A stretch of DNA of 64,000 bases from NCBI GenBank assembly GCA_015680685.1, contig MNCI01000532.1, positions 92,707-156,706 on the forward strand. Direction: 5' to 3'. Each line of letters starts with the position of its first letter. Position 1 is the stretch's first letter. Source of the stretch: Gnetum montanum (lineage: Eukaryota > Plantae > Gnetophyta). The position numbers and the translations under genes are program-made. The notes under the pieces were generated by a model. That model was not told where the DNA came from and searched no databases. It saw nothing but the letters and a program-made list of their open reading frames with translations. Positions 37,540 to 52,182 of the stretch are shown in pieces.

Positions 37540-40500
37540 AGCTAACACATTGGTAAGAGCCTTGTGAAGTCTCTTTAGTTACTACTATGGCCTGTTATCT
37601 ACTTCAACTATCTTCAAAATTCAAAGGCTACTAGATCTTAGAAGGAATTAGGCCTTTTAAAGTGGGCTTAGCCTGATCAACTATAAAGTACCTTGTGCCA
37701 AATGGAAGCTTGTCTATACACACACTACTGATGTGCTCAAACTCATGATAGAGTATGAGTAGGCTAATAATCAACCATCTTTCCTTCTTGATCCTAATCA
37801 TCCCATTGAGCTGGATGAGGATGAGGCTTGAGATATAATGAAATTCATTATGGAGTAAGACAAGATGTAGGAGTAAGTTCATTTGCAAATTAAAGAATCT
37901 AGGATGAAGAGCATCCTAGATCAATCCATTGATCCTCATGTCACTTTCTAGATTAGGAAAGGTATTGTTACTTCTGAATCAAACATCCATCTTGTAGATG
38001 AAAATGAGGAGTAAACAATTAGGGGACTTGGTAAAAGTATCCTAGATGCTTAGTCCATTCATCATGTAAACATTTCAACTATTCAAGGTAGTACATTTGG
38101 ATCTATCCCACATTTTTTTGAATTGTTTAGTATCCCTATTACTACTACTTCACTATACCAAGTATTTCCATCTAATAATATTAGCAACCCATACTCCATT
38201 TTCCTTTCATGAGTTTCACCCTTTGGAACCACTTTTTATTCTATTTCTTAGTCTTAATCCAATGTAATTTCATTTAAATGCTTTCCATTGTCAACTGATG
38301 CTTGACAGATCTTTGGAGTTTTACAATTCATATGTGCTTTTCCTTTTTCTATATACCTACCTAACCTAGTTTCCTTGGGTATACCTACCCCAACTTTGAG
38401 TGGGCTCATGCCTCATGTGCAACCTTTTTCAAACCTCATCATCAGTTACTATGGTTTGATTTATTATTAATTCCCTTGAAACAGATCCATAACTACTTGC
38501 ATTACTTACTGACATGATGTCATATTTTTAGAGAAATGAAGACAAAATAGCCAAGGTGTTCAACTTATAAGTAAATGATCTAATTTTCTTGGACAAGGTT
38601 TTGAATGACCCTATTAGCTTTATAATTCCATTGCCAGTCTTTCCTAAGGAGGGTTTGCTACCTATCTTCACCAAGTATAATGATGAAAAGGGAGATCCTA
38701 TGAATCATGTTGTTACTTTCAAAAATGAATGCATTCTTTTGTCTTCATCCCATCATTAAGTACTAAGATGCTTCTCTAACTCATTATTTGAAAGTGCTTT
38801 GGAGTGGTATAGGTCCTTAGCACATGGATCTATTACCTCTATAGAGAAATTACTCATAGCATTTGTTGAACATTTCAAGTTCAATGTACCTCAAAGCACA
38901 TGTGCTATGTATTTTGTTGGCATTAAAAAGGCTCCAAATAAACCCATTGATAAGTTCATTTCTTAATGGACAATACCATCTACAAATTTATCCTATTATT
39001 TAAATGAAGGTTAATCACAAGACATTTTCAAAGAAGCTACCATTGATTACATTTAGAAGAGGATGACTTATCCTAAGCCTCATTCTTTAAATGATGCATT
39101 CTTAGCCACTAGATGCATTTAAGAAGTTTCTATTTAATGCAATGACTAGAAATTCATGATAATTCACAACAAAGTTTCTAAGGCTGCAAAACAACAAAAG
39201 GCTACCTCAACTTTTGCAAGTTTCTATTCTATTTCTAAGGAACAAATTAATGCTCCCTCGACCACTTGATCATCTGCTCAACTACCTAGACCTCAAAGTA
39301 GTAAGAATTAGTACATTAAGATACCCATGAGATACTTTTTACTCCTAAAAAATGTTCTTAGGAATGGCCACCTTAAGAAGAAGTGGGATTCTGATCAAGA
39401 AAGAGCATGATTTTGTCACCTACAATTGATAGTTATGGGTCCATCTTAGCAAAAAGAAGGAGATCTTAAGGTACCTAAGAGGTATGACTACTGAAAGTAT
39501 TGCTATTATCATGAGATTACTAGAAATGATACAAATAATTGTAGAAATTTGAAAGATGAGATCTAATATCTCATTGATAAGGACACGATAGTGGTGGAAA
39601 GTGATCCATCCATGATGCATTTAGATAACTAGTAGCTAGAGAAATTTTAGAATCCCTTGGAGGGTGGAAGGACAATTTTAGCTTTCATGTTTAAATATAA
39701 AGCTAGTATGTCTCTACCAAAATATCCTTATATCATCCACTCATATGACTATAATCAATCTAAACAATCCTCACCACAATCTTAGAAGCTTTATGTGATT
39801 CATTTATTTGACTACATCTCATCATCTAAGCTAAAGCACTCATCATCGCCTCCTTATCATATCTATGCTAATAGTTCTCATCATTCTACTTCTACCTAGC
39901 ATTCACCTTCATCTTCTTCTTATTCTACTACATCTCATTTAGAACTTTAAAATACTATTCATTTGCTACATTTCATGCATCTCTTTTTTCTTTACCTCAT
40001 GTCGAGATCTTGACCTATAGTCAAAAGATGAATGAATCTCGCTTAAATTAGTATAAGGAGAAGACAAGTGATGGCCCAAAGAAACCTTCTAATATAACAA
40101 AGAAGGTTACCTTTCAACATTAACTAGAAGCTACAACATCAAGTGATCTCTCATCTTATTCTAATCCTATTCAACCTATTATGGTAGCACCTGATCTACA
40201 ATCATCTTAGCCTATGGATAGTAATGTCTACTTCAAAGATACCAATCTTTCCTTGTACAACCTTGTGACAACTTCTAAAGAACATTTTGTTGCATTATAT
40301 AATGTTCTAAAGAAGATTATGGTCCTAAGTAAAATCACTTCTTGGACAAAAGATATATTGTCTTTTCTACAAGTCCCTCACCAAGATATACTTGAAGATA
40401 AGGAATATTTATTAAATCCCACTTTACATCATCATTAAGGTGTCTTAAGAAGTTGTACCTTATCTTATACATGTTGATGATGACATAGGATCAAATGTGA

Positions 40501-40800
40501 TAAAATGGATCATTATCAAGTATCTTAGCCTTTAAGATTAGCTAATCTTCAATGAAGCCTGCACTAATCTCATTTTGTTTAATCATATGTAAGTAGAGGT
40601 TCTAGGCTCCATTAGGATACCATTTGTGGTTGGTGATGCTATGCAGTCTAATATCATTTTTATAGTCATATGTAAATGTCTTGGTGTTAATGACATACTA
40701 GGACATCCATGGATAGCTTAACACAAATTTTTTTCATCTCCTATACATCAAGAGATTTTTATAGATATTTTCAATCGTGAGGTTATAATCTCTATGGATA
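37540..40800 (+). pseudogene. gag: Element G: heavily decayed gag-protease of a Tat-family relative
   Basis: PIFTKYNDEKGDPMNHV...SALEWYRSLAHGSITS...FVEHFKFN (38660-38890); LSLYNLVTTSKEHFVAL; protease HVDDDIGSNVI and ILGHPWI (40470-40720). Confidence 0.8.
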
Positions 40801-42355
40801 GGCAAGTTTCTAGTGTTTCTCATCTTGATAGAAAGATATGTTCTTATTAACTTAGTGGAAAAATGGCTAAGATTCAACTTGATAGTTCCTTACTCTCCTA
40901 AGAATTCAAATGTTATTTCTAATTCTATAAACTTGAGCAATGAGTCTACTTCCAATGTTGAATATATAGACTTAGGATTTGATGAGCTTGAAATATTTTT
41001 ACCTTAGAAGAGAAATTCTTCCTTCCTATTATATAGCTTGGAAAGTTATTGCAAATACTATAGCCTTATATTCTTAGTTTTTAATAGTTATTCCTTCTTT
41101 TTTTTACCTTCTTTTCTTTTTTATGAGATGGTGGACATCTACTAGCACATTTTAGGATTTTCCTTTTTCTTATTTCTCACTATTCACTATCATTAGGCAA
41201 TGCTTAGTGAATTTTCTTTGATTTTTTTCTCTTTAATCATTTGTTGTTGATGGGTAATGTTAATTTAACAAGAAATTGTTACTTTTGATGTGTTACATCA
41301 ATTTATTGCCATTGTTAGTAGGAAGAAAAATTACTAAGTTAAAATTGATGTGAACATAAAAATTTTATTCCTCTAAAAATAGTTATAAAATTTTGACATG
41401 CCATAATTTAGGAAAAAAAAATTTCTTGCATTAGAAATAAATGTAGGAAAAAACCTATATAAATAAAAATTCCTTTTTGAAATTTAGCTTAATATCTTTA
41501 TTCTTTGATTTTTTTCTCCTCTTCCTCCTTGAATATTTACATTGGCATGGATTTGTTTACTACTAGCCTTTGGCTACTTTCTTTGGGATCTAAAAATAAA
41601 TAATCAAGACTAAAAGATCTAGTTTTATTTTTTCTATCTCTTAGATGAAATAAAATAATATGAATACTTGGAAGTCTTGGAGCTTTCCCTTAGCTTTTTC
41701 ATGAATCTCTAGGATCCACTATTTTCTCTTTTCTAAGCTCATATTAGGTTTGTCTAATTTATCAAAGGCTGAACTTGGAATCTTTAATAGAATAGCTACT
41801 TATGTTTCTTCATAGGTTTTCATCTCCTCCTAGGAGATATCATCATCTTTTTCCTTCACCATTGGTTCTTCCTCAAGATCCCTTTGCTTCTCTAACTATG
41901 TGGTGACTATCACACTTTATGCAAAATCATAGAGTAAATATTTTAACATAATGTATTTAATGAATTGACTCCTTATTTGTCTATCTATAGAAATTTTTTT
42001 ATTCTCTTTCAATAGCTTACAGTACTCTCTTTTGTACCACTTCTTATTAGTTTGCTATTTTCTTTTCCATATTTTCCAAGTTGTAGCTAAGTTTCTTAAG
42101 CTTGTCATGGACTAGGTTATGGTCAAAGCTAACTGTTTCCTCTCCATCAATGCTATTTGAAACTCTACTACTTTTATTTTTCTATATCTAGTATGTGTGG
42201 GGATGTGGATTATGCTTAACCATATTGCTGTCATGGATTTATACTTCTAATAGTTTTACCTAATCAAACAACATATTTATTTGTGTGTGACTTCCTTCTT
42301 TATTCTCTTGTGCTTGCTCTAATGAGTCTAGGAGTATGGTGCTAGTGTTGGCATG

Positions 42356-43760
42356 TGAAACAACACCAAGAAAACACATGTTGTAACCTATAATCTTCAC
42401 CATTCAACCTGAGACAACATTTCATTGTAAATGTAAGGTTAGTAGTCCATGAGTTGCAATCTTGCATACTTTAACTTGTTGGGGCTGAAAAATACCTCAT
42501 AAGTTGTTATTACCTTACTTCCCAAGTGGAAAAAGTGCTATTATGTTTACATATGGGCTTGGGAAGGCTAAAAATGCCTTGGAAACTATCACATTTTGCA
42601 TTTTCATTGGTTTTTGTAGAGGTATAGCCTCAACTATGTTGAAACCATCTACCCCTAGCATAGATGGTGTTGGGTTTTCATTTTTTCCAAAAAAACCTAA
42701 TGTAGTCACCATAAAGCCTAGTGTAGCTCCAAGAACAATGTTGGTGTTGTTAGATTTTCCATTTTTTCAAAAATGACCAATATAGTCATAATAGTTTCCA
42801 ATAGTGGCAACATGGCTAGCATAGTCATCATGGATTTCTAGTAGATATAGTTTAGTTAGTGTAGTCACCTTGATTTCAACAGACTCCAATAGATCCTATC
42901 GTAGTCCTCCAAGGCTAGCATAGTTAAGGTGAAGGCTAGCATAGTCATAAAATTTCATTTACTATTTTTGGTATGTAGAAGGATTTTGATGGCCTTGGTA
43001 CATCAAAACTTACTAGACATGGTCAACTATGCTAGAAATCATAGCTGTTACACCTTCAACCAACATCAATTTGTTAGCAATGATGGTAGTAATTTCCAAC
43101 ATGAAATTAGCAAACTAAAACCTATAAAACCCAAGCTTGAACATGATATTTAGGTTTGACAGTTCAACAATTTTGAGCAATCTCAAACAAGCATTTATGC
43201 AACCCATAGCCTTGTTTTGCAACCTTGATCACTTTTAAATCCTATTTGGTATCTACACTAAGTATTAGAGACCCTCAGTATAGTACCATTGGAACAAAAG
43301 TGTACACCACTATTAACACCACATCTAGCCAAAGTTGTAGACTTGAATGAAAACTAGCAAGAAGTTGCAAGAGATTGGAACTGAGAAGTACTTGGACCAT
43401 GGAGATCGACTGCATAACACAACCTATCAACTCTAATAGGGTTCAAGCTCGATTCAAGCCAACTTCTTGTGCCTTGAGTGCACCATCTATACTCTTCGAA
43501 ATTTACACTTTTATTTAATAAAGTTTTTAGTTCATTTATAGTGCAGATTTTATTCAAATTTTAATTCTATGTTAATTTTATTTTTGTTTGAATTTGCAAT
43601 TTTCATTTCTATTTATGCTTGGTAAGTTCCTAAGTGATTGACAAGACCATTTAGGTTACCTTGGATCCTATCTTTTTTGAGGTCGTTGGGATTCAAGGTT
43701 AGGCTATCATAACCTGGGATTTTATGTTTTTTACTGAGCAAAATTTCTAGGCTCTATAGA
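42356..43760 (+). repeat. 5' LTR of element D
   Basis: Homologous to 21411-23080; TATA cctataaaa at ~43121; followed by a PBS. Confidence 0.75.
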
Positions 43761-43763
43761 TTT

Positions 43764-43780
43764 TGGTGCTAGAAGGAGGG
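43764..43780 (+). promoter_or_regulatory. Primer binding site of D
   Basis: TGGTGCTAGAAGGAGGG, 3 nt after the LTR end. Confidence 0.7.
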
Positions 43781-44589
43781 CCTCTGCCCAAATTCTTAGC
43801 CCAAAAATTTTTGCAACTTGTTCCAAAACATTTTTTTAGCCATTTTCAAAACCAATTTTTTCCCATCATAAACTTTAAAAGTTGCAAGTTTTGACATCAA
43901 AAAACTAGCATTGGTGTTCTAATCTCAACCCAATATACCTAATATAGTTTAGGTACTTGATTTGGGTTTCTAGATTCTTTGGAGTTGCTAGATTCTTTGG
44001 AGCCCAGTGTAGTCAACATCAAGAGTTGCAATGTTTTCCTATTGAAACCTATATCTGGAACCTGAAGACTAGCATAGGCCCTTAAAAAACCCAACTACAT
44101 TTGCTATAAAATTATGTAGTAGAGATAGTGTTGACATCTCTAGGACTCCAGTGTAGTCCTTGAAAAACTCAAAATTTCCATATTCCAATTCTTGAAACCA
44201 ATGTGCATCCTTTAGTGAAAGATTTTCTGTTTTGGTTTTTCCAAGTGAAAACCCATATTCCACCATCTACTGCAACATAGTTGGCTAGAAAATACTATGA
44301 TCTGCTACACACGCTTTAGTGTAGACATAATTGGAAACACCATTGTAGTTGGTAGTACTAACTTCAATACCACAACGTCCTTTTCAAAAGGGTAGTGTAC
44401 AACATTTACACTACAATAACACCTTCAACCATTTTTTCCATTTATAATTAATTACATCATTTGCCAATCCCAATTTACTGAAAATTTTACCAATACTAGT
44501 AAAATGGTCTGAATCAACATTTTTGATAATGTCTTTCATTAAGTCCATTATTTTGTCCATTGACATGATGAACATGACATTAGGCCAAG

Positions 44590-45912
44590 ATGGAGTGAGG
44601 ATTTATGATCCTAGAGACCCCACTATAGCCAAGCATAGATAATCACTTAGGCTACAAGTGCAAAGCCCAAATTGTGCTATGCTTAATGAAGAGAATTATA
44701 AGTACATCTATCCTAAAATGCTAGCTAGATTACTCCTTCCATGCATAGAGGTTGAAGCCAAGCATGAGTATGAGTTAATCCATCACAATGGTACAGAATA
44801 AATACCCTCTTCCTATCATAAAATACTATTGAATGATGCCCATGCATGTATAATTTCTCAATTAATTAACATGGATGAGCAAGGTTTAAAATTGAGCTTG
44901 AAGAGCCAACACAAAGAGTATGATGACCTCAAGTTGGAGCCCAATCTAGAAACCTTCACAGGGGACCTATTCTAATAATCAGCTCATGATACCACCACAA
45001 TCACTTTGGCCCTACATGTCTCTTCCATGAAATAAGCATCTCAACCATCATCTCTTGTATACTTGATCATGTTTAAGCTAGCACCGATTATAGTAGTCCA
45101 TCATGCATAGTCCATGCTTCAAAAAGCCTCTTTATTTTCTTTCATGTCTTTCACCACATAGCCTCAGTCTACATAGTCCTCACTAGTGGCTTTTCACCAC
45201 CATGCATCCCCTTTCTATACTATTGGGCTTCACAGTAGGATCACAAAAGATCCAGGGGACACATACACTATTTGTTCCCTTTGTGTCCTAAGTGCTAGCA
45301 TAAACATCCTTCTCCCTATATAGCCCATCCATGACCACCATAACCCAGGCTTTCCCCTTTATATTGCAACCCATAGCGAGGACATAGGCCTCTTAGTTAA
45401 TACTATAGCCATTCGTACAAATACCACAACCTATAAGAATGCCCCAAGGACTAGATCAAGCATTCCAAATGATTCAAGACTTGAGAGAAGAGTTATGGAA
45501 GCTTAAAGCTTCCACAAGTTAAACAGTCAAGATAATGGACTTCTACCAAGATCATCTCATTAGTACTACTATCCCACCAATAACTTTTCCATTAGGCATC
45601 CTCATTCCCAAATTCATCAAGTACAACAGTGAAGGTGACTTGAATTTTCACCCCAAAACCTTACATTTCAAATGCCTATTACTATAAGCTTGGTTGCATA
45701 CTAGCATGCAAATCTTCCATATGTCCCTAACCAAAAAAGCCTTGGATTGGTATTGTGCATTACCAAGAGGATTTATATCCTCTCTTGAAGACTTAATTTT
45801 ATAGTTTCTTAAGTATTTCAAGTAAAAATTAAAACTTGATATGACCCTTAACCAATTAATGAAGTTCAAGTAGGGACTCCTTGAGCCCATGCAAAAATTC
45901 ATATAATGATGG
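44590..45912 (+). pseudogene. gag: gag of element D, cut by insertion of E
   Basis: IPKFIKYNSEGDLNFH...QIFHMSLTKKALDWYCALPRG...LLEPMQKFI; collinear with gag A. Confidence 0.85.
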
Positions 45913-46943
45913 TGATGAGATGCGATTCGCATGAGCCGCGATATCACGGCAGCCACCATATCACATCGTCCCCTATGATATCGCGTACGTGATATCATGG
46001 TCCACCACCATATCTATAAATAAGAGGTGGATCTCCCTTATTTCCTCATCCTGGTGTAGAAGTAGGGAAACTTTGGCAGTTTGATCACTCCAGAGATAGA
46101 ATATTTTCCATGTGCCCGCAATAGGAGTCCTAAAGTGAACGGATCTTTATTTGAGCAACATTGTACCTGAACACAAGTTGTGTATGAAAATAAATACGAA
46201 CTTCCTGGATAAACCTTGCAGTGCATGGAATAGGATTTTATTTATTATTTTCTCTCTTACCCTTAAACTCTTAGAATGTGATATGAGTACGACTTGATTA
46301 CGAGCATCTCAGGATGTGTACGGTTAGTCAAGGAATCAGCTGCTCATCGCATGCGGTATGAGTACAACTTGATTACGAGCATTTGGTGTGACTACTTGGT
46401 AACCCAGTGGCATATATAGGATCTACGCTTAGTAATCCCAGTGGTAGTCATGCACCCAGATGTGTATGGTTAGTCAAGGAATCGGCCACTCATTGCACTT
46501 AGGCTAGATAGATTCTCTCAACCCTTTCCTCCTAGTCAAGTGCCTTAGTACGACCACTTCGAGCACGTGCATTATGCATGGTGATCCCAGTGACGATTAA
46601 TGTTTGATAGCCATGGTTGCATCAGTTTAGGGTGTGTACGGTAAGTGGGAATGGATGCTGATGTTAGGTAATTTAGAATTAGTTATTAGTTAGAGTTATT
46701 TAGCTTCTCAACCCTTCACCTCGATAGCATAGGAGAAAAACATAAAAGACTATAAAAATCATATACCTCGGAATTACTTAGCCATACACCGTGACAACTA
46801 CAAGTAAGTCTGGGAAGAAAATGAATGGTTAACCTTAAGTGTTACATGAGGCATGTAGGCATTTAGTCTGCAGAGTTTGACCAGATTGCACGTGCTACGC
46901 TCGTTTCGTATGGTTGAGTGTAGGGGTACCTCGCTACTCATCA
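45913..46943 (+). repeat. 5' LTR of E (1031 bp)
   Basis: TGATGAG...CTCATCA 7-bp inverted termini; TATA ctataaata at ~46014; start repeated at 52183. Confidence 0.92.
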
Positions 46944-46944
46944 T

Positions 46945-46962
46945 TGGCACTATTGTCGGGGA
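46945..46962 (+). promoter_or_regulatory. PBS (tRNA-Asp type)
   Basis: TGGCACTATTGTCGGGGA differs only by transitions from the Athila PBS TGGCGCCGTTGCCGGGGA. Confidence 0.8.
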
Positions 46963-47084
46963 CTAAGTGTTTATGTGCTAAGTAGGACATGAGAGATCAT
47001 TTACATCATTGGGAGCTTAAATGAACCTTAGGGTTAATCATAATAGAAATTAAATAACAGTAAAATTAGCACACCGAAATAACA

Positions 47085-49300
47085 ATGTCTTCTTCTCACA
47101 AGAGCACATCACCTAAGGATCATACAAAAGATAGTCGGCAATAAAAAACACATAGCCAAAATCAGCCAAGTCCTCAACAATACAAAGTGACATATACTCA
47201 TCCTGATGAGTATATACCTAATTATACTTTTATCCTCCATCAAGATGAACAGATGCGCTGGAGGGATTTTTATGGTAACATTGTGTTACCTCCAGATCAA
47301 TCAATCCCTAGCATGCTTCTCTGTGCTTTGGCATAGACTGGCATGTCAGAATTATATGCTGAATACGTTATAGAAGACTTTGACACAAGGGATTATCATC
47401 CCATATATTTACAACATATGAGGGACTCAAGGTAGGAGACCCAACATACACTATTGAAGGGAAAAGACTCACACATCCTTAGTGAAATAGGAGATGATGG
47501 ACCCATTACAACGGGTTCTCTAACAAATGATGCTCCCCCTCCTAACGATGGTGAGGAGGTTAGGTATCAGAACTTACACTCAACAATACATAACACTAGT
47601 TCTGATGCTCATGAACACTAGCTATTCACAGAGGGAACAACAAAAAAAGACAAGGACAGGCACTTAGATCATCATCATGATCGGGGCTAAAGTAGTTGAA
47701 GAGAAGGTAGGAAGCATCACCACGACGATGGTTCTTCTTCTTCTTCTCCTTCTTCTCATCACTCACCCTCTCCTTTCACATCAGGGCGCAATCATGAGGA
47801 GTATAACGGAGAGGATAAATGTAAGAAAAATAAAAGACCTCAATGAGAGAGTCGAGAAAGAGGACAAGGGCATGAACAAAGGGAAAGTAGGGAATAACAA
47901 AGACATCACAGGCATCATGAATGAGATGATCATGACGAGCCCATACTTGCAACTCGAAGTATTCTTGACATAATGGAGGCAATTAGAATTCCCACAAGGC
48001 ATTTAAAAGATAGTCAGATTAAGCTTTTAGACATGAATAACATCCCACGCTTTGAGGGGGGATACAACACTGATCTGCAACATCATTTACAGGCATTCCA
48101 TGATGCCTGTGCCTTCCAAAACATTGAGAACAAGTGGCCGAAACTTAAGTTGTTTCCCAGGACACTCAACAAGGAAGCAGAGATTTGGTACCAGTCCTTA
48201 GAACCAGAAACCATTAGGAGGTGGAGTACAATGCTCGAACTCTTCAATGATAAGTATCAAATGTACTCTAGAGTGTCCAATTTGCATAAGTATATCCAAG
48301 GATGGAAGCAGGGTATTCATGAACCCTTGGATACTTCCATGGCCGGCTACTGCACATTGTTACATCATTGCCTGAGCCATGGATACACACAGCGGGACCA
48401 ACTTTGCCACATTGTAGATGGGCTAAGGCATGAGACTAGAAGAACCCTTGGGACTTATGCCCAAGGGAGACTAGAATAAACCTTGCTAATTCAAAAGTTA
48501 ACAACAAAATTAGTAGCTAAGGTAGATGACATATGAAGTTCCTTAGAATCTAGACTTGAAACTATCTTGAAAATCATAGAAGAGTCAAAGGTAGAACAAA
48601 GTAGTGACAAAGGTAAAACAAAGCGGAGAGATTTAGGCCCTGCACATAACAAGGGTAAGGGAAAAATTACTAACTATGATGTGGTTGTGGATTCGAATTC
48701 AGATGATGACAGTGGATGTGAGATCTACCACTATGACCATCCTAAGGGATGTTGTCCAATCATCTCACATCTACAAGAGTCTGGGGTGTATGCACTTAAT
48801 CCAAGACTCAACCAATGGCAAACACCTTGAAGGTTACCTTATCCCCAAGGTAACCCAAGGTAGTTCCACCAACCATTGACGTATTATCCAAGTGGAACTC
48901 CACCATAATCCATTCGACAGCATCAGCAGTGGCAATATCCACAGTCATGGGTGATGCCATCACCAACATAATAGTAACCTTACAGGCATCCTGATCCTTA
49001 TGGTTATTATGTGCAGTAGCCAATTTCTCTGAGTGACTCTATGGGTCACACAACACCCCACTGTCACTACCAAGTTCGGGAGTACTTCAGAAGGACTCCT
49101 TCTGCTTCGAGAAACACTCCATACCCACACCATCCTCCTAATCCATCTGCACCTCTTCCACCAGTAGTAGTTCCCATAACACCTCTTGCTCCAACTATGC
49201 AAGGGAAACTTCCTCCTCAACCGTAGCAACATCATCTTGCGAGAGCTGTAAATATTCAACCTACTACACCTACTACTAGTTTTGACAACTATAAAAAGAG
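47085..49300 (+). pseudogene. gag: gag of element E
   Basis: ORF 47973-48479 IPRFEG...HHLQAFHDAC...KLKLFPRTLNKEAEIWY...FNDKY; zinc-knuckle remnant DSMGHTTPHC at ~49035-49064; long low-complexity N-terminal region with stops. Confidence 0.85.
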
Positions 49301-49459
49301 AAGATCCTTCTTCAGAATGAAAATCCTAGACAAACTCTCACAAAAACAAGCGGTTGAGCCCATGTACACTCCTCCACCATCTAACACTTCGGAGCACCCT
49401 TTGGTCCAACAGAGCTTAATGCATACGGTTATGTTAACGCATACCATAACCAACTGGAT

Positions 49460-50060
49460 CAAGGTAGGCCACCTTCCCAGGAAACTAACTGACCTTGGGA
49501 GTCCCTTAATCTACCTTCAAGTTACCAGAAATGAGCCACATAAGGCTCTTCTTAACTCAGGTTTTGGAGTCAACTTAATTTCATGAGAGATGTATCACGC
49601 TTGGAACTTGCCACAACTTAAGAAGAGAAACATCCAACTAGAGCTGGCACACCAGTCCATCAACATTCCCTTGGGATTGGTGGAGGACATCATTACCACT
49701 ATGTGTGGTTGGTCTTACCCAACTGATTTCCTGGTGATTGAAGTGAACAACAACTTAGGGGACTTCCCAATTATAATGGGAAGGGCATGGCTAAGTACAG
49801 TAGATGCATGCCTTAGGATCTGTGATCTTTCCTTGGAAATCTCTAAGATAAATATTTATGGAAAGATCGAGAAGAAGAAAGTTCCATGCATCACATACAG
49901 TGATTCATTGGGTGATGACATGGAGGAAATTCCTCCATGCAATAGGTGTGCTCAAGAAACTCTAAAACAAATATGCTTGTATGTAGCAACCACACAAGAA
50001 GTAGTAGACACCCCATGGTTGACAACTACTAGAAGGAGCAGACAAATATGCATGGAATGA
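49460..50060 (+). pseudogene. Athila-type aspartic protease of E (catalytic D>N, internal stop)
   Basis: LPRKLTDLGSP...KALLNSGFGVNLIS*...LELAHQSINIPLGLVEDI...YPTDFLVIE...PIIMGRAWLST. Confidence 0.88.
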
Positions 50061-52182
50061 ATTGAGGAGACAAGCCATGCTAACAACAAAGGCATAGAAA
50101 CATTGGAATATGAGCGTCACCAACTTCCATCCCTTAATCTAAGATCATCAATTGAGAGAAGTTGGACACTTCTTAGAAATTCAAACAGGTGCTCATTATT
50201 CTAGATCTCTTCTTTTCCACTCAGTCATGGGGGAGATGGCCACCTATGCTAGTCATATGGGGCCCTCAGTTCTTTTTCAATTTTCCTTTTACAACATTTT
50301 TGTTTTACATGTTTTTTTTCTCAAGTTTTTTTCTTACACATTTTTGTTTTACAATTTCTTTAAATTCTCTTGTTTTTGTTTTACAACATCGTTATACTTT
50401 TTCCATTTTTTGTCTATGTGTGTGCATGTGTTCCACCATGTAAGTTTGTCACCCAATAAGTGTTTGGAATGATGGTATGAACTGTTTTCATGTTGATTGC
50501 TAATGTTTGGTTTTTACCTTTAAGTCACAATGTTGATACTAAGGTATGTTCTTTTGATATGGCAGACAATGAGTCCACTTCATCCATTCATCCACCAATT
50601 TCTATGGTTTCTCTTAGCTTGGAAGTTTATAGTCCCCTTCTAATAAGAACTTAACGAATTGGTGACTGGGTATTTCTCAAACTAAGGAAGGACTCAAGGA
50701 TTGAAAAAGGGTGTGACTTCAAGGAAACTTGATGCATTTTTGTTGGCCGTTCTCTTGGGTGCTTGGATGTTTCTTCTTGAGTTTTCTTACCATTTTACCA
50801 ATTATTGGAAGGTAAGACAATAAAAATAACAAAGTCTTTGCATGGTGTGGTTCTCATGCATAAAAACACAAAACACAAAAAGAAAAAACAAAGAGGAAAG
50901 AAGAAAAAAGAAAACAAAGAAAGTGAGAATTCAAAGCACACCCCTTAGATGAAATAAACTTGGGCTACAAGAACTGGTTATGGAACCAAAGTGTTCCCTC
51001 TAACTAAGGCCCTTCTCGCTTCCCATTCTCTCATTTGTTTCATCGAAATGGTGGTGGCTCTTGGAGGAGGCATTCTTGTTACTTCAAGAGGAAGGATTGG
51101 CCAAATGCATTAATGCGAAGTAACTGGATGTGGTTGGTTTGAGGCCAAACTTGGAATGGGATTTACTAAGTCACATTAATCATGACACATACAAGGGGGC
51201 TGTACACTACCTTGTTCTTGGGATTCTATTCCATTTTCTTCTCTCCATCCTTCTCTCCATTATTCACCACATTGCTGGTTGTATCCTTAGTATATATATT
51301 TTGGTTGATGCATTGTTTTCTTTTTGGTGAATGCTTGTGGTTAAGACTTTAACTCTTGTTTCAAATGACATTCATAGAGCCTACGGACTCTTTGAATGTG
51401 GGTTTGTCAGGGCATTAAGGGCATGAGCTTGCTTTGGGGAGGACCCACTGACATTCCTCTTTAAGGCACCAGTTAAATTCTTTCCCTTAAACATTTTTGC
51501 AATTAATTTCATTTTTTTCATTTCCATCTTGACGTCCACTTAATAGATGTTTTAGTTGTCCCTTTTTATCTATCTTTCTTTCTCCTTTCCTTTCTCCATT
51601 CTACCGCTACTGGAGGTTCGTGATTAGTCATGGGGGTACAGGGCTTGAATTTTTTCAATTCTCTTCCTAACCCCTACACCTTCGGTAGTCACCATTAATA
51701 TATCTCCTGATTCGAATCAGCCATACCACAACCTAGCCAATGGATTTACACCGAAGCAAGGTATCAATTACATGATGATTCATTTACCCTTGCTAATATA
51801 ATATTGTGTTGTATGTGCAGATGGCGATCATGCAATAACGGACTAGATCTGGAGGGAACACATGGAATAGAGTAGCGCTACAGCAGCTATGCAAGGAGCA
51901 AGATTGATGGTGAGCTTGCGGATGGACAACGAAAGGCACAATCTTGGCGTTGGCAGTAGCAACACTTCTTTCTCTCTCTCTCTTTCTCAGCTGCCAACTA
52001 AGGCCTGATGTCATTGTACTAAGGTGTTTATCCTTGTTATCATGAACACCAATTTTGTCAAGTCTTGTAATGATGATCCATTCACATGTCACCCCATTAA
52101 TTCCATTCCCCTCAATAATCCCATACCTTCCCAATATTTTGTAAGGAACTCGAGGATGAGTTTTCATTCAATCATGGGGGTA

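Noticed and set aside
50152-50472. Hydrophobic Phe-rich ORFs (also 29799-30062, 36743-36928, 23410-23649) as membrane proteins
   Set aside because: They are translations of T-rich non-coding UTR/LTR sequence.
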